DNA of 64,000 bases from Camelus ferus (taxonomy: Eukaryota). The DNA lies in NCBI RefSeq assembly GCF_009834535.1, contig NC_045696.1, forward strand, positions 27,406,001 to 27,470,000, read 5' to 3'. Under the pieces are notes generated by a model. It was not told where the DNA came from. It saw nothing but the letters and a program-made list of their open reading frames with translations, and did not search any database. The translations under genes were made by a program, and so were the position numbers. This document shows positions 1-12,910 of the stretch, in pieces; within the stretch, counting starts at the first letter, position 1; each line of letters starts with the position of its first letter.

Positions 1-359
1 CATCCATCCTTCTATTCAGCTGAAATAGATTCACTTTTTCCCCCATTTGGATAGCTCATAGATAATTCAATGTTAGGTACTTCTTAAATATCTGGTCTCA
101 CCCACTAACCTTTCTCCACAGTCTTTTTCCAATCTGCACTCAAAATATTTTCCTCGATTCATCCTTTGTTCTTTTGTATAAACACAGATATTTATACAGG
201 TGCACATATTCTTCACCTTAAAAGCAAATCTCGGCTAAAACTCCTGAGACCTCAGTTTACCTCACTCCTTCTTCACCTTTATTCAGAGGAGGGCTAACCT
301 TATTAACCATCAGACATCTGCCTCTGCTGAACAGTGATGCTTGAGGATAACTAATTCAC

Positions 360-2000
360 TTATGGTTTCACTCATTCACTTGCTAACTAATGTTTGTTAA
401 GTCCAAACTTAATGCTAATAGTGTGATAAGAGCCTGGTACACAAAGAAAATTGGACACGATCTGTATCTTTACCACACAAAACTGGGTAGCAAATCAGTA
501 ACAGGTGTGTGTGTTAGTGTCTGTAATACCCCTGGATGAGGGAAGAGGGATACCAAAGCTATTCAGATGAACGGGAAGGTTAGGTAGCGAAAACATCGTA
601 GAGAAAGTAGTTCCTGAGGACAGTAGTGAAAAATGAATACAAAGGCAGGAGGAGGCACTCTAGGTATAGAGCAGAACACAAGAAGGAGCATAAGTACTCA
701 GAGAATCATAAACAGTTAACTTCTAACACAGCATGAAGTAGGACGGACAGATGACTAGGGATGAGGCCATAGATCTAAGAGGCGAGATAACACAGAGCTT
801 CATATCACATGCTAAGGATCTTGGACTTTATCCTGCAGGTAATCAGAAACCAAGCATTTGAACAAGTAAATGATGTGATCAGATTTCCATCCTAGATAGA
901 TCACGATGGCCACTCCATGCAGGGTTGATTTCAAAGGGTTATCAGTGCAAGTGCTGTTACAATAGACCACACGAGAGATCATAAGGGCTTAAAGTGGGGC
1001 AGTGAAAAATAAAGATGAAGAAAAGGGTGAATGGGTTTTAAAAGTTTGTTCATAAATGAAGCAGTGTTTAATAATTAATTGCATGTGAAAAATAGGATAG
1101 GAGTGCAGCGAGGGAAGAGAAAGACTCCTCCCAGATTTTTATGATAGTTGAGCAGGTAAGTGGTTGTGCTGATAACTGATAAAAATAATACTGGAGAAAA
1201 AAATATATTGAATTATACAGATGATTTCAGTTTAGGGTATTTTCTTAGGACTGTTTTGTTGGAGGAATGGAGTAAAAACACTTAGTGCTGGGCCTGGCAC
1301 ACAGTAAATGTTTCAGACACCTAGGCCTAGGTACTCATGGTAAGTAAAGAGGGAGGTGGCTGCAAAAATTATGAAGTCACTTGGGAAAGTCTGAAGAAAG
1401 ATACATATTGGGAACTCCATATAGTGTTTGATACTATGATCCTAAATAAGTTGAACAGGAAGAATGTGTAGAATAAAAACACATAAAACAAAATACAATA
1501 TCAACAAATAACAAGCTACAGTTCAACCAGTTCTGGGTAAGCGAAGAGAAGCAACAGCAAGCTTATATGAAAGGATGTAATTTCACAGACTCCTAAGGAA
1601 ATAATAGTAGGGAAATGAAAGAGTAGAGAGGTCCAATAAGATGAAACACCACGGCCGCTCACTTACTACAAACAGAAGGACATTAGTGAGCTAATTAAGA
1701 GTTACAATGGAGTGATGATGATCGAAACCAGATTAAAGCTGAGAACGGGAGGCTAATAACCAGAAATAATGAGAGTGCACCAAACTGTCAAAAAGTCCTG
1801 GGAGACTTTTTGGAGGAGAGAGAGGGTGAGGGCAGGGCAGGGAAGGACAGAAAGAATGGATTACAGGATGGACGGATGTATTTTATTATTGTGGAGGTAG
1901 TGATTTGGATGGGGATGGCTTGGGCATACATTTACAATAGGAATTTAACAGGAAATGAGAGTGCAAAGGGTCAGAGGAAGGAATAACTTGGCGGAGGAGG
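360..2000 (-). mobile_element. Degraded LINE-2 (L2) fragment(s) with a short MIR tail at ~1240-1320
   Basis: Begins with a reverse L2 3'-end-like tract (ctcattcacttgctaactaatgtttgttaag). Later L2-type motifs: cttggactttatcctgcaggtaat...gatgtgatcagattt. MIR-like cttagtgctgggcctggcacacagtaaatg at ~1280. Confidence 0.7.
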
Positions 2001-4739
2001 GCCAAAGGAAGTGGAAGATGAAACTGCTTCAGAAGACAAATCAATGTAGCACTGGGCAAAAAATAAAGTGAGTTTTTCAGGTTTGATTATTTGAAATACA
2101 TCTCCAGTACCCCCTCAGTCCTACCATAACCTCCCATTTGTATTAATTTCACCATCAAGGTATTTGAACTATTTAATGATCAAAACTGTTATTAGTTAAA
2201 CAAAGACAAGCTAACTTCTCTGAAAAATATAAACCAAGTATTAAAAGGCAAAAAATACTAAATGCATTCACATTCCTCCTTATCTGACCTTGAATGACTG
2301 ACTATATATGAACTGCCAAATGGAGCTGATCTAAGGACCTGGCCTGGTTTCAACTCAAGTAGCTAAATTCTTTGAAGTCATTGCTGGACTTGATTTTTAA
2401 AAACCTGCTCTGAAACTATTTTAAAGAGTTATAGTTCCAGAATGTTATAACACTTCATAATGGACGGTTAGTACAGAGTTAAGCTTTCCCTCTCCCATAT
2501 TCATTGTGGAAATAAGTATTATTTTCCTAAAATGTAAAAGTTTGTGTGCATAATGAAATGATCTTAAAAAGTCTATAGTGAAACTTCTATCCCCAAGTAA
2601 AGCTTTAAAAACAATACATTCAACTTGTTTTACTAGTGAAATTTATCACTTTCAGGCTGACTGTTGTAACGGAGTGAAGCCAAAAGATGAACCAGTGCCT
2701 ATTCTGTATTAAACAGATGTTTTTGTCATCTAGCGTTTTCATAACTCATAGCACAGAAGCCTCCATTACAATCATCCCCACAAGTCCCACATTTCAAGGA
2801 GCTGAAATCTTTTCTCTGTGAGTAGTGTCATCACAAATTATGTATTTAATAATATTTTCCAAATGTTGTCTGATCTTGCTCTTCTAGAAGAAACATAGGC
2901 AATCAATAGAAAGTAAATTACCACCCCTCCAAAAAAAAAAAAAAAAACAAAAACAACACAACAAGATGATAATTTGGTAGTAAAGACACAGAAAAGCTCT
3001 CAGAGATGAGATTTATAACTTGGCAGACAAGACACTTGAACATGACATTTTTAAAAGACAGTGATTCAGTGCCATGGGTTTATAAGCAACATTACTAATG
3101 CCTCAAAAAAAAAAACCCTAAGAAACTGCTGTGACACAGTGGCCTATATTCTTCACATTACAATACTGTCTGCTCAGTTTCCTACAGGGAGTGCTTAAGA
3201 TTGCATTACAAAACAGTAATTTCTAGGTAAAAAATCCTGCCAGGAAATGATACACCCATAGTTTCATGCAGACAATATGTCTAAGAAGTTATATCAATTT
3301 ATGAATTATAAATTCCCACATTTAATCGACTGGGAAATTCACATTTCATTATATTTCTAACTGTTATATTAATCTTCTACATCTCTATGTGGTAAGACAG
3401 CCAAATTAAACATTTTTAAAGCCATAGTCATATATTCAGGGTTTAAACTAAAACTATTCCCATCTTAGAAAAGCAAGAGTCTAATTAGTTATAATCTTAG
3501 GGATGACATTTTCCTTACTGCGTCTTAATGAGTTTCCTAAGCACTTAAAAGAGAATTTTAAATTACCTCACCTATTTTTGTTGTGGAATTGAATCATGCC
3601 AATTGGATTAGATCAAATTTATTTTAGAAAACTTAGTGATATGGAAATCTAGTAATTGGCTCAAAGATAAAATACATACTAAACAAACAGTGTTGCCCAA
3701 ACCAACTGATCCTTTTTACTCTGTCAAATATCGATGGAATGTGTTTTATGACAGATTATTGTAAACCAGTACTTTCCTGCATTTCCCTGATTCACTAATA
3801 AAGAAGTTTGGTTCTCTTTTAGAGCTTTCCCCAAATCTCTTTATGTAATTTACCACTTAGGAATTCCTTTAGAAAGCAAGAAAAACACTTGTATTTAGCA
3901 GTTTCAACTGAAAACTACAACATATAGAAAATTATTGACAATGATAAATAGTAATAGTATAATATAATAATTTATTGCCAAGGCCAAACCAAGAAATCAC
4001 AGTAAAACACTTGCTGATTAAGACCGGGAATTAAGTTGTATTAGGGGGCAAACTGGCCTGCATAATAATAAACGAAATTTTCCCAAATTTTCCTTCCTTC
4101 TTCCATAAAACTGAGTTATCAACAAAATCTCTTTTTGATGTCAGAATGAGACAGAAAATTTTTTAAATAGCAACTTTAAATTACAGTGCTCAAATTTAAT
4201 AATTTCTAAGATTATGTTTTATACCAAAAGAAAAGGAAACAGCATAAGCATCTGTTATGATCTGCAGAGCAGCAACACAAAAAGAAGTCACTACGTCATT
4301 CATACAGCTTTCTGTTAATTTATTAAAGAATATATTCACACATCTTAGGGTGTAAAACCTACACAAATTACTACTGTATCAAAAAAATAAGAAATGAAAA
4401 CAATATAAAATAGGCATTATAAAGGAATCATAATTCACAAATGAATTGACATAGATGTTAATAAAGGACACAGAACAATTAAAATAAATGGGGGTTTATC
4501 AATGTTCTTCACAATTAAAAACATTTAATCTCAATTATCTGCTATATATTGTTTATAATGTTGGCTATACTCAACTCTTAACTTGGCTATAGAAACTCAG
4601 TAAAAAAAAGGTGTTGATAGCTTTATTGAAACAGCAGACAAATATATGAGTAAAAATTCCTAAATAATGGAGAATCTGTCTAAAAAGTCTCTACTATGAC
4701 ACTGCCTAACAGTGGATTTTTTTGGATTATATATTCCAG

Positions 4740-5370
4740 TTAATAGGACATTACTGAGAGAAGTAAAAAAAAAAAAAAAAAAAAAAGTTGCTTAATCTGA
4801 TCCAAAAAGGATATCTTTTTATCTATTAAATCAACAGCTAACATCATATTTAGTGAGACACTATTATTAAATTCAGGAAAAACTCTTTTATTTTTTTAAA
4901 AAAATTACTTTATGTTTATCTGAATGTGCTATCCAATGCAATGTTATGAAATAATATATCAAGTACAGATTGGGGGAAATATATGGCAAAACTATCATTT
5001 TTTGATGATATGACCACTTACGTGGCAACCTAAAAAAACTGGCTATCTATGAGAATATGTAAGAAAATGCTCAAACTGAATAATGAACAGTTTTTCCTTT
5101 CCTATATGTATCACTAGTCAAGAATACAAAGAAAATAATTCATTATAAACCCCCCCCAAAAAATACACAGAAATAAAATTAACAAAAATTGTACAGGACC
5201 AATATGAAGCAACACACACACAAGTGCACATACATATGTGTGTGCGCAGGCACAAAAACACAGGCACACCATTAGAGAGCAACATGAAACCTCCTAGCTA
5301 ATGGAAAAACACATGCCATGCTCCGTAATGAGACAACCCCTGATTTTAATGATGGTAAATTGGCTCAACC
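4740..5370 (+). mobile_element. Ancient L1 ORF2 (reverse transcriptase region) relic
   Basis: acagctaacatcatatttagtg... and aaaactatcattttttgatgatatgacc, a decayed KLSLFADDM motif at ~4990-5012. A-rich, no intact frame. Confidence 0.65.
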
Positions 5371-7294
5371 TATTAACCAAATGTTCATCAAGTAAATTCC
5401 CAACTTTGCAAATATACCTTAACATTTTCAGCATTTGACTTCTATCTTTAAAGACTATATTAAAATCCAACTGAATTCAAGATTACCAATAATGCTGAAC
5501 ACATTTATACATATAAGGAAGCCTACTGTGATTATAAATTCAGCTAATAAACTAACACCTTTGGTTTAATTCACATTTTTTTCAATTTAATTCAGATTTA
5601 TAAGAACTTATAAGTGAGTTAACCTTTCTAAGCCCCCTTTTCATCAATTCCATAAGGCGCCATTGTAAAAGAACTACCAAAAAAAAGCTGTCTTTCGTAA
5701 TTAAAGGTCATGTTGACACTGATCACAATCTGTATGTATTTAAGAATCAATAAATGACCAACAGTTTTATCGAGCTCTCCTTTCAGATTGCTATTTGATT
5801 CAACCACTTGGCAAAGTTGATCACTATTTTCAATTCTTCCACTTAGACATAAGTCATTGCTCAGAAAGAAATGACCAAAACCAGAAGGGGATTCTCAACC
5901 TTATTCCTCAACCCACATTCCCCAAACACAGACATTTCTGACATCCTCTTAACTAAATCCAGATTTCAAAAGATGAAAAAGATGCAGCCTTTACTACAGG
6001 TTCGTGCCATGCTTTTTAATTATTTCAAACCATGACCTTGTTTGATAAACAAACAAACAAAACCAAAAACAAAGAAACAAACATTTCTCCAGAGATCCTG
6101 AGAGATCTCCTTTGTGAGCATATCCCTTTCTGCAATCTACTCTTAGCAGAGAATCACAGCCCAGGGTCTACTGATCTGAGTTGCTAAATTCTTCAGAAAA
6201 TACTAAGGAGTGAAAAGCTGAAATTCACTGCATGTCATTCTTGCAGTTGTTCAACATTCAGAGTAAAAGTTTGGTTGCTAGCATTTTTGATCACCTGATC
6301 TTATCTGTGTGTGTGTGTGTAAAACCTTCACTAGTACAGGAACTTGTGTTGGTTTGCACTGGGTATTCCTTTTTCAGTAACACCTGTCAGTAACATTAAT
6401 GGAATATCACAATAAATATTTATTAGGCTAGAAAAAGATAAACAATAATATTTGTTAAATAGCAATTATTTTTTGAAGACTAATTTTTTTAATTTATTAA
6501 AGCTCTTTCATGAGGAATAAATTCATGTTCATTCAAGCAACAGCATGATTTTATCAACTGTAATCATATCCACTTCAAACTAAGTCTTTACAGACTGATA
6601 GTTCTAGTTTTTCACTATGCAAGCATATGAAAACTGTTTCTTCCCTTGAACCACTTCAGTTGGCTCTCCTTTGAACTATCCCGATCGCTTCAGTCACACC
6701 CATCAATGACAAAAGCACAAAATGCCACCTTCTCTGTTGCCTCTCAGGCCATCTGCAGCTAAAATGGCTCTGAAAGAATCACCGCCGTGAATCACCTGTT
6801 TACATTTATTAAGATAACAGAGAACAAATGATAACAAAAAGTCTATTAGCTAAATGAGAAATATGCTACCAGAAGCCACACAAGATATCAATGAAATGTC
6901 AGGAAGGCAATATGGGACTATGTCTTACTTGTCAAAAGTTATTTCCAAAATAAATGGACCTTAGGCAGCACGGCCAATGCTTTCATTTTGGCTGTCTTAA
7001 TGATCAAAGCAAATCATTGCATGATTGATTCAGCTGTTTCAATCACAATGAGGGCTAAAATGAATGGATTAGATGTTCAGCTGTCCTGATCATCTAAAGG
7101 AAATAGATATGGTCTCAGAATGGAAAAAAAAAATTGCTGCAATCTAGTGATAGCTGAAAGTGACTAAAATTGTGCCTTCATATAGAACAATAGCCCACAG
7201 ATTATAGCCAATCTACCAGACATATTCACCCTCTATCAAATTATCTGAGTCTGGATTTCATAATTGGAATGTAATGACATAAAAAAAAAAAAGA

Positions 7295-7530
7295 TCACTA
7301 ACGTTTACTGAAACTTTAATGTATGTTATGAATTAGTTTAAGTACTTCATAGGTCTTAAATTAATTCATCCTCGAAACAATCCTCTGTGATGGGTACAGT
7401 TATTAACCATATTTTAAAGATGAGGAAACCAACATATGAGGTCACAACTGTGCAAGGTCATATAGCTAACTGTGCAAAATTGCATAGCTAGTAACTGAAG
7501 TCATTCTACTTTCAAGCCTTAATCCCTCAT
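7295..7530 (-). mobile_element. MIR SINE
   Basis: catcctcgaaacaatcctctgtgatgggtacagttattaaccatattttaaagatgaggaaac...aaggtcatatagcta matches the reverse MIR core. Confidence 0.75.
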
Positions 7531-8169
7531 AATATGACTAAAATACTTAGCTGAAATGAACATTAAGCCACAAATTAATGTAGAAAGTCGGTGTCTACTT
7601 ATATATGTAAATACAAGAAGAATAAGCCTTTTAATTCTAATGGTTAAATTATGAAAAGTAAATAAAGTATATATCGTAGTTCACTATTTATAATGCCAAT
7701 AAGGCAAAGTTATGTGCTAATACAATAATATACACAAATAATACATAGTTAACTTCAGATTACCTAAGATAACGAAGAGTAAAGGTCATGGATAAACTCA
7801 AATTACAGGTAATACTGAACTATATTTAACTCTGGATTACCTAGAGTTAAATACATAAACCATAGATAAGGCATAAGAGAAACCTGGCATTCACTCATCT
7901 CCCCAACAGGCCTTGAAATTAGATAGCTTCTTATTGCTGAACTCTTTGGGCTTAAAGTCAAATGCTGGGGCTCTGTCCCATGGGAAACATAAAGGAACCT
8001 GTTTCTTCCTCAGTCAGAACAAGAAAAAGGTCTATACAGTCTGCTGGTCATAAGCAGCAAAGAAGAATGATGCCCAGAACTTGCCAGACACTTGCCTGAA
8101 ACTAATTATCTGATCAGACCAAAAATGGAGTGGAAATAATGATGGGAGAACTAATAATACCAGTGGAAT

Positions 8170-9165
8170 AGGGAAGGCATTTCTAACAATGTCACAAAAG
8201 CCAGAGCCAGGAAAGAAAAAAAAAAATCAATAAAGTCAATTACTTAAACCCCAATTTTCTGTACTTCCAAACCACCATAAACAAAATCAAAAGACAAATG
8301 ACAAACAGAGAAAATATGTGCATATTACAGACAATAGCCAATTTCCCTAATATATAAAGAACTCATATAAATCAATAAGTAAAAGACAAACAAAAGAAAC
8401 ATGAACAAATATTTGACCAAACTGTTCACACACATACTCATACACACACAAAGATAGAAATGGCTCCTAAATAGGTGAAATAATACTCCACACCATCCAT
8501 AAAGGAAAAGTAAGTTAAAACTATACTGATATATCAGATAGGCAAAAATTTAACAACAAAAAAAAAAACAAACTGAAAAATTGATTTTACCCCATTAGTG
8601 AAGGTTTCAGAGAAATGGGAACTATTTTGCCTAGCTGATGGTCCAATAATTTCTTGAATTGGTTGGAAGAAAAAAATTTAGCAATATCTAACATAGTTAG
8701 TGACGGATATACTTTTTGACAGTGATTTAATTCTAAGAATCTATCTCACTGAAAAATTTTCACATTTGCCAGGTAATATTGTAGGCTTACTCACTTTAGC
8801 ACTATTTGCCACAGTAAAGAGACTGGAAACCATATACATGTGTATTAGGAAAGAACTAGATAAAGTGTACTCTCTTCAGACGGTTGAATACTATCCACAT
8901 GTAATAAAAAATGAGGAAGTTCCTTACGTACTGAAATCAATGTGTATAACATGCTACCATTTGTCTGAGAAAGTAGGCCTTTACTTTCATATGCTTAAAA
9001 TTATCTCTGGATAAATGATCTCTGGAAGGATTCCCCCAAAACTAGTAATTTGGAGGTTTCTTTGGAGAAGAACTAGGAGAGCAGGACACTTTCACCATAG
9101 GTTCTTTTGAAGTTTTTGAATACTGAGCTATGTGAATGTCTTAACTATTTAACAATTTAATTAAA
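8170..9165 (+). mobile_element. Old L1 (L1ME-like) 3' end
   Basis: caccataaacaaaatcaaaagacaaatgacaaac...atataaagaactcatataaatcaataag and a downstream L1M 3'UTR-like tract. Contains the spurious 104-aa ORF. Confidence 0.7.
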
Positions 9166-11014
9166 AAATAATAATCTGATTCTCAGACTTGAAAATCAGG
9201 GCTTCATTCATCCCGATTAGGAGACTGAGATCACCTTCCGTGAAGTCCAATTTAAATTCATGATTCCCTTTCCAAGCAGTGCTGTATGTCTTAGCAAAAG
9301 ACTATTAAGGAGGAGTGAATTCTTTTTTAAATATACTTTACCCAACATTCTTGATTTATACACTTGAACTCTCTAGAAAGTTCTCTGATGTCCCATTATC
9401 TAGTTATAGTTGTACAGATAACAGCATTTTGGCATCACCTGGGACAAGTAAGTACCAGGTAAACATGTCTCAGAGAAAAATATCTTTCAACAGTAATATA
9501 TTTCTCTAAAAGTTTTAATACGAGCTATAGTGTGAGCTAGAAATAAATAGTACAATATAAAGTGAAAGCTAACTTTCATTCTTTTTCATAGGCAGATCTA
9601 TAGCAAAAACTAATTCCAGAAACTAAACTTCAAAAAGAATTCCCCTGCAGGAAATATATAAAATACATCTGTAGCAGAGAAATTATCAGGTGCTAGGCTG
9701 GTATAATAAATTACATTCTCAACAAATTGAGTGAAAGGATATGAAATAAGATGAATGAAAGCTAAAATCTTGATTCCACATTTATTTCATTCAGATTCAG
9801 TCTACTGAAACTATCTTTAGCTTCCCTGTAAGTCAGTTTCGGGGGCTCACCTCCATGTGTGTGTGACAAAAAGCACCAAGAAGACTATGAGCTCCACTGA
9901 AATCACTTTATGCCAGTATCAGTATTTTGAGAAATAAATTGTGATCATTCCATCTGGATATGTTACACTTGTTTAAATTGCTGTGTTTGTGTTCCCTTTC
10001 CACTTTAAAATTCAGTCACATTCTAAAATTCACTTTGTCCCCCACTCAGCTACTATGAAGAAAATGCATATCTGACAAGTTTTCCTAAGAAACTCAAAGT
10101 GAATTTAGCTAGGATGAAATGAAACTCAGACCTTCTCCTTCTCAGTCCTTTCCTCCTAAGAGAATGTGTTTGTGATTTTGAACTCAGTAAGGATTTTTCT
10201 GACCTTTAGCTGTCTGCAATTATTTGTACTCCCTTTTTCTGGATTATCCAACTGTTTAATACATTCTCACAGAGACTCCTGGCCTTTTAAAGTTTAAAGG
10301 ATCTATTAGAAAAGAAGTTTGTGCTTCACCATAATTTTACAGGAACAAATAAAAGGTCAAAGGACCCAAACCTAGAGATGACAAGATAGCTCACTGGCAG
10401 ATCAATACTAGTCTTTGTGTTGACCATGACGAAAGATTTATGAGCAAAGGGCAAATCAGTTAGAGGGTTCAGGGAAACCTTGTGCGTGGGCAAGATCGCC
10501 CTTGCTGTTCTTTCATCTCACCTGAAAATCCACCTGTCTTGCATCACGGTTCTCAGTATAAATATCACAAAATACAAGTGTGAAGTCAAGTTCTAACATT
10601 TAAAAGGTTTTAAATGCCAGTTTTTCCATATATTTTCAATACAGTCAAGAGAGCATACATTCAGTAAATAACATAGAAGCTAGGATGGTCCCATGTGTTA
10701 ATAATTAAAGAATCCAGCTTCTACCTGGGTTTGAGTAACACCTTGAAATTCCTCCAAACCAGACTTTGGAACATGGAGGGTGTAGGGTTAAGTGCACCAC
10801 CAAAAATGTGTGTATTATCTTAATGGATCAATACTATTTTTAAAGATATGTCTACATCTAAAGTAATTTTGTTAAAATAAAAGATTATTTATAAGTTATA
10901 CTTACAGGGGTCGAAGAAAAAAATGGTCAAAATTTGACTTGATTAGAATTCTGAGACTCTCCCTAAGGACTTACCTCAAAACAGTCTTTAGGTATATATG
11001 TATTCTTGTACTTT

Positions 11015-11295
11015 CCAGTAAGGTAACCACATGTGTGAGTTAACTATTATTAATCCGGATGTGCTGTGAGTATAAAATTCACCTATTTTGAAGACTTAGT
11101 ATGGAAAAAAATATGTCAATTTCATTAATAACTTTACATTGATTTCACCTTGAAATCCTGTTACTATTTTTGATATTGAATAAATGAAACATTAAGATTG
11201 GTTTCACGTTTTTCTTCCTCCCTTGTAATGTGGCTACTATAAAATTTAAAATTACACATGTGGCTCACATTTGTACCTTGCAGTCTATTTCTGTT
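11015..11295 (-). mobile_element. MER33 (hAT-Charlie non-autonomous DNA transposon)
   Basis: gatgtgctgtgagtataaaattcacctattttgaagacttagtatg...aatgtggctactataaaatttaaaattacacatgtggctcacatt matches the reverse MER33 consensus as I recall it. Confidence 0.8.
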
Positions 11296-11301
11296 TTCCT
11301 T

Positions 11302-11390
11302 TATGTATATATATTTCATTGTGTGTGATATATATGTACATATCTGTGTATATATATATATATATGGATATAGACATAGATATATGTATT
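11302..11390. repeat. Imperfect (TA)n/(TG)n microsatellite
   Basis: tatgtatatatatt...gtatatatatatatatatggatatagacatagatatatgta. Confidence 0.8.
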
Positions 11391-11532
11391 TGTACTTCCT
11401 AAAGAAAAAAAAAAGTTTATTGAAAAGGAATTGACTAAATGATAGAAAATATTTTCATAAGGGGGGGTAGAATTTTTTGTTTTAAAGCCACTCTGAATAC
11501 TACAGGAGCAAATGCAGGCTTTGAGTGGCAGA

Positions 11533-11549
11533 GGTTCAAGAATAGGTCA
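11533..11549 (+). promoter_or_regulatory. DR5 nuclear-receptor element (RARE consensus)
   Basis: GGTTCA-agaat-AGGTCA is an exact match to RGKTCA-N5-RGKTCA, in non-repeat, CpG-retaining sequence. Confidence 0.5.
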
Positions 11550-12729
11550 CTAGCAGCGAACGAGAATGCCCATAATGTCTGGGGAGGCTCCAGAGGGGAA
11601 AGTGATAGCATGTCTACATGCTTTAATCCCCCGGGAGCGCAGGCAGTCGCTCGGGAGGACTGCAATAAGCTGCTTTCCAGATAAGGTAATACAAGTGATT
11701 ATGAGGAGAAGCTTTAAAATCCGCGCAGTAAATCACTGAAAAAACAATGTGTTCAGAATTCTTAAGGCAAGTAAATTATTTTCCCAGGATTATGGTAGTG
11801 CGCTCTCCTTTGCTGGTTTGTAAAGGTGGCCTTTGGAGACTCTGAAATATTGGAATTTGGCTTATTTTTATATATAACATCAACTGGACACTTAAATTAG
11901 CCCCAAAGATTTCTTTTCTTCTGCCAGTGCCCTAGGATGAGGGCTTCTTCCTGCCACTAAACACTAGGGAGACGGTAAGAAAGATATAAATGTAAAATCT
12001 AATTAGTAATCTCTTTTGTAATTACAAACAAACTGCATCTAGGAGCCCTTCTTTAGTTCAGTCACCACGACATCAGAACAAGTGAGGTTTGGAGGGACAA
12101 TTTCCTCTGTGAAGACAAGACAAATATAAAAAACCGAAAGTTTTCTTCTTGCCCAGACTTGGAGGTAAAACGTCAACCTTCACTAAAATGACCTTTAATC
12201 TTATAAATCATCAGTCACATCTTCTTGCATTGATGATTTGACATAACGAATTGCTATTCGAATGCATGCAAATCTGATCCTCCTCACTCCCCAAGTAAAC
12301 CAGAGTCCAGTCTGAAATGCCTCCCTGTGAATACCAAGCATTTCCCCAGTTAAAGTGATCAATACTATTCTCATTTTTGATGACAGCATCCTTTCATACA
12401 ATCTTCAAACAGGAAAAAAAATCTTCAGGCCTATAGAAAATGTTCCTCTAGAAATAGAATTTTGGAAAATATAGTCTTCATAGATTCCACATCTATGAGA
12501 TCATTTTAAGGATTCTAATCTTTGCTGGTTCTTTTCTTTTTTTTTTTTTAATTGGTCTACTTAGACAAGCCTACACTATGTTCATAGTGTAGTTAAGTAC
12601 CATGCGTTGACTCCTGACATTATGCTGCTATTACCTTAAAATGGAAACATTCATTTAAAGTATATAAGTGGTGTACTTTTAAAAAACCTTTCTGTGGTTT
12701 TCCAAAAGCATTCCAAAGAGGTTACTTAC

Positions 12730-12910
12730 GTTGCTTTGAAACTGGTTTGAGTTATGGGAAGGCCATAGCCTCAGACCAGCAGCTGAGACAGCAAAGGAGA
12801 TGAAAGTTTTTAGCTTCAGATCCAAGGGGAAACACAGCTGTTACAGCTGGCCTGCTCAGATCTCAACACTTAGTACAACGATCGAGCAGGCGATAATGCT
12901 GCGTCTCGGC
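12730..12910 (-). other. Candidate non-coding (5' UTR) exon of an unidentified minus-strand gene
   Basis: Donor AAC|GTAAGT (GT at 12729-12728). The 5' end is either acceptor ttttcaag at ~12911 or a start ~30 nt after TATTTAA (12945-12939). Five CpGs at 12879-12910. No ATG-initiated open frame reaches the donor. Confidence 0.5.

Noticed and set aside
2656..2715. Plus-strand exon after ttttcag-like acceptor (ADCCNGVKPKDEPVPILY*)
   Set aside because: Weak pyrimidine tract, early stop, and opposite to the inferred transcription direction.
8700..9014. 104-aa ORF
   Set aside because: It lies inside a decayed L1 3' end and has a non-ATG start.
12228..12280. C/D-box snoRNA (TGATGA...CTGA)
   Set aside because: Only ~50 nt, imperfect C box, no terminal stem, and antisense to the inferred host gene.
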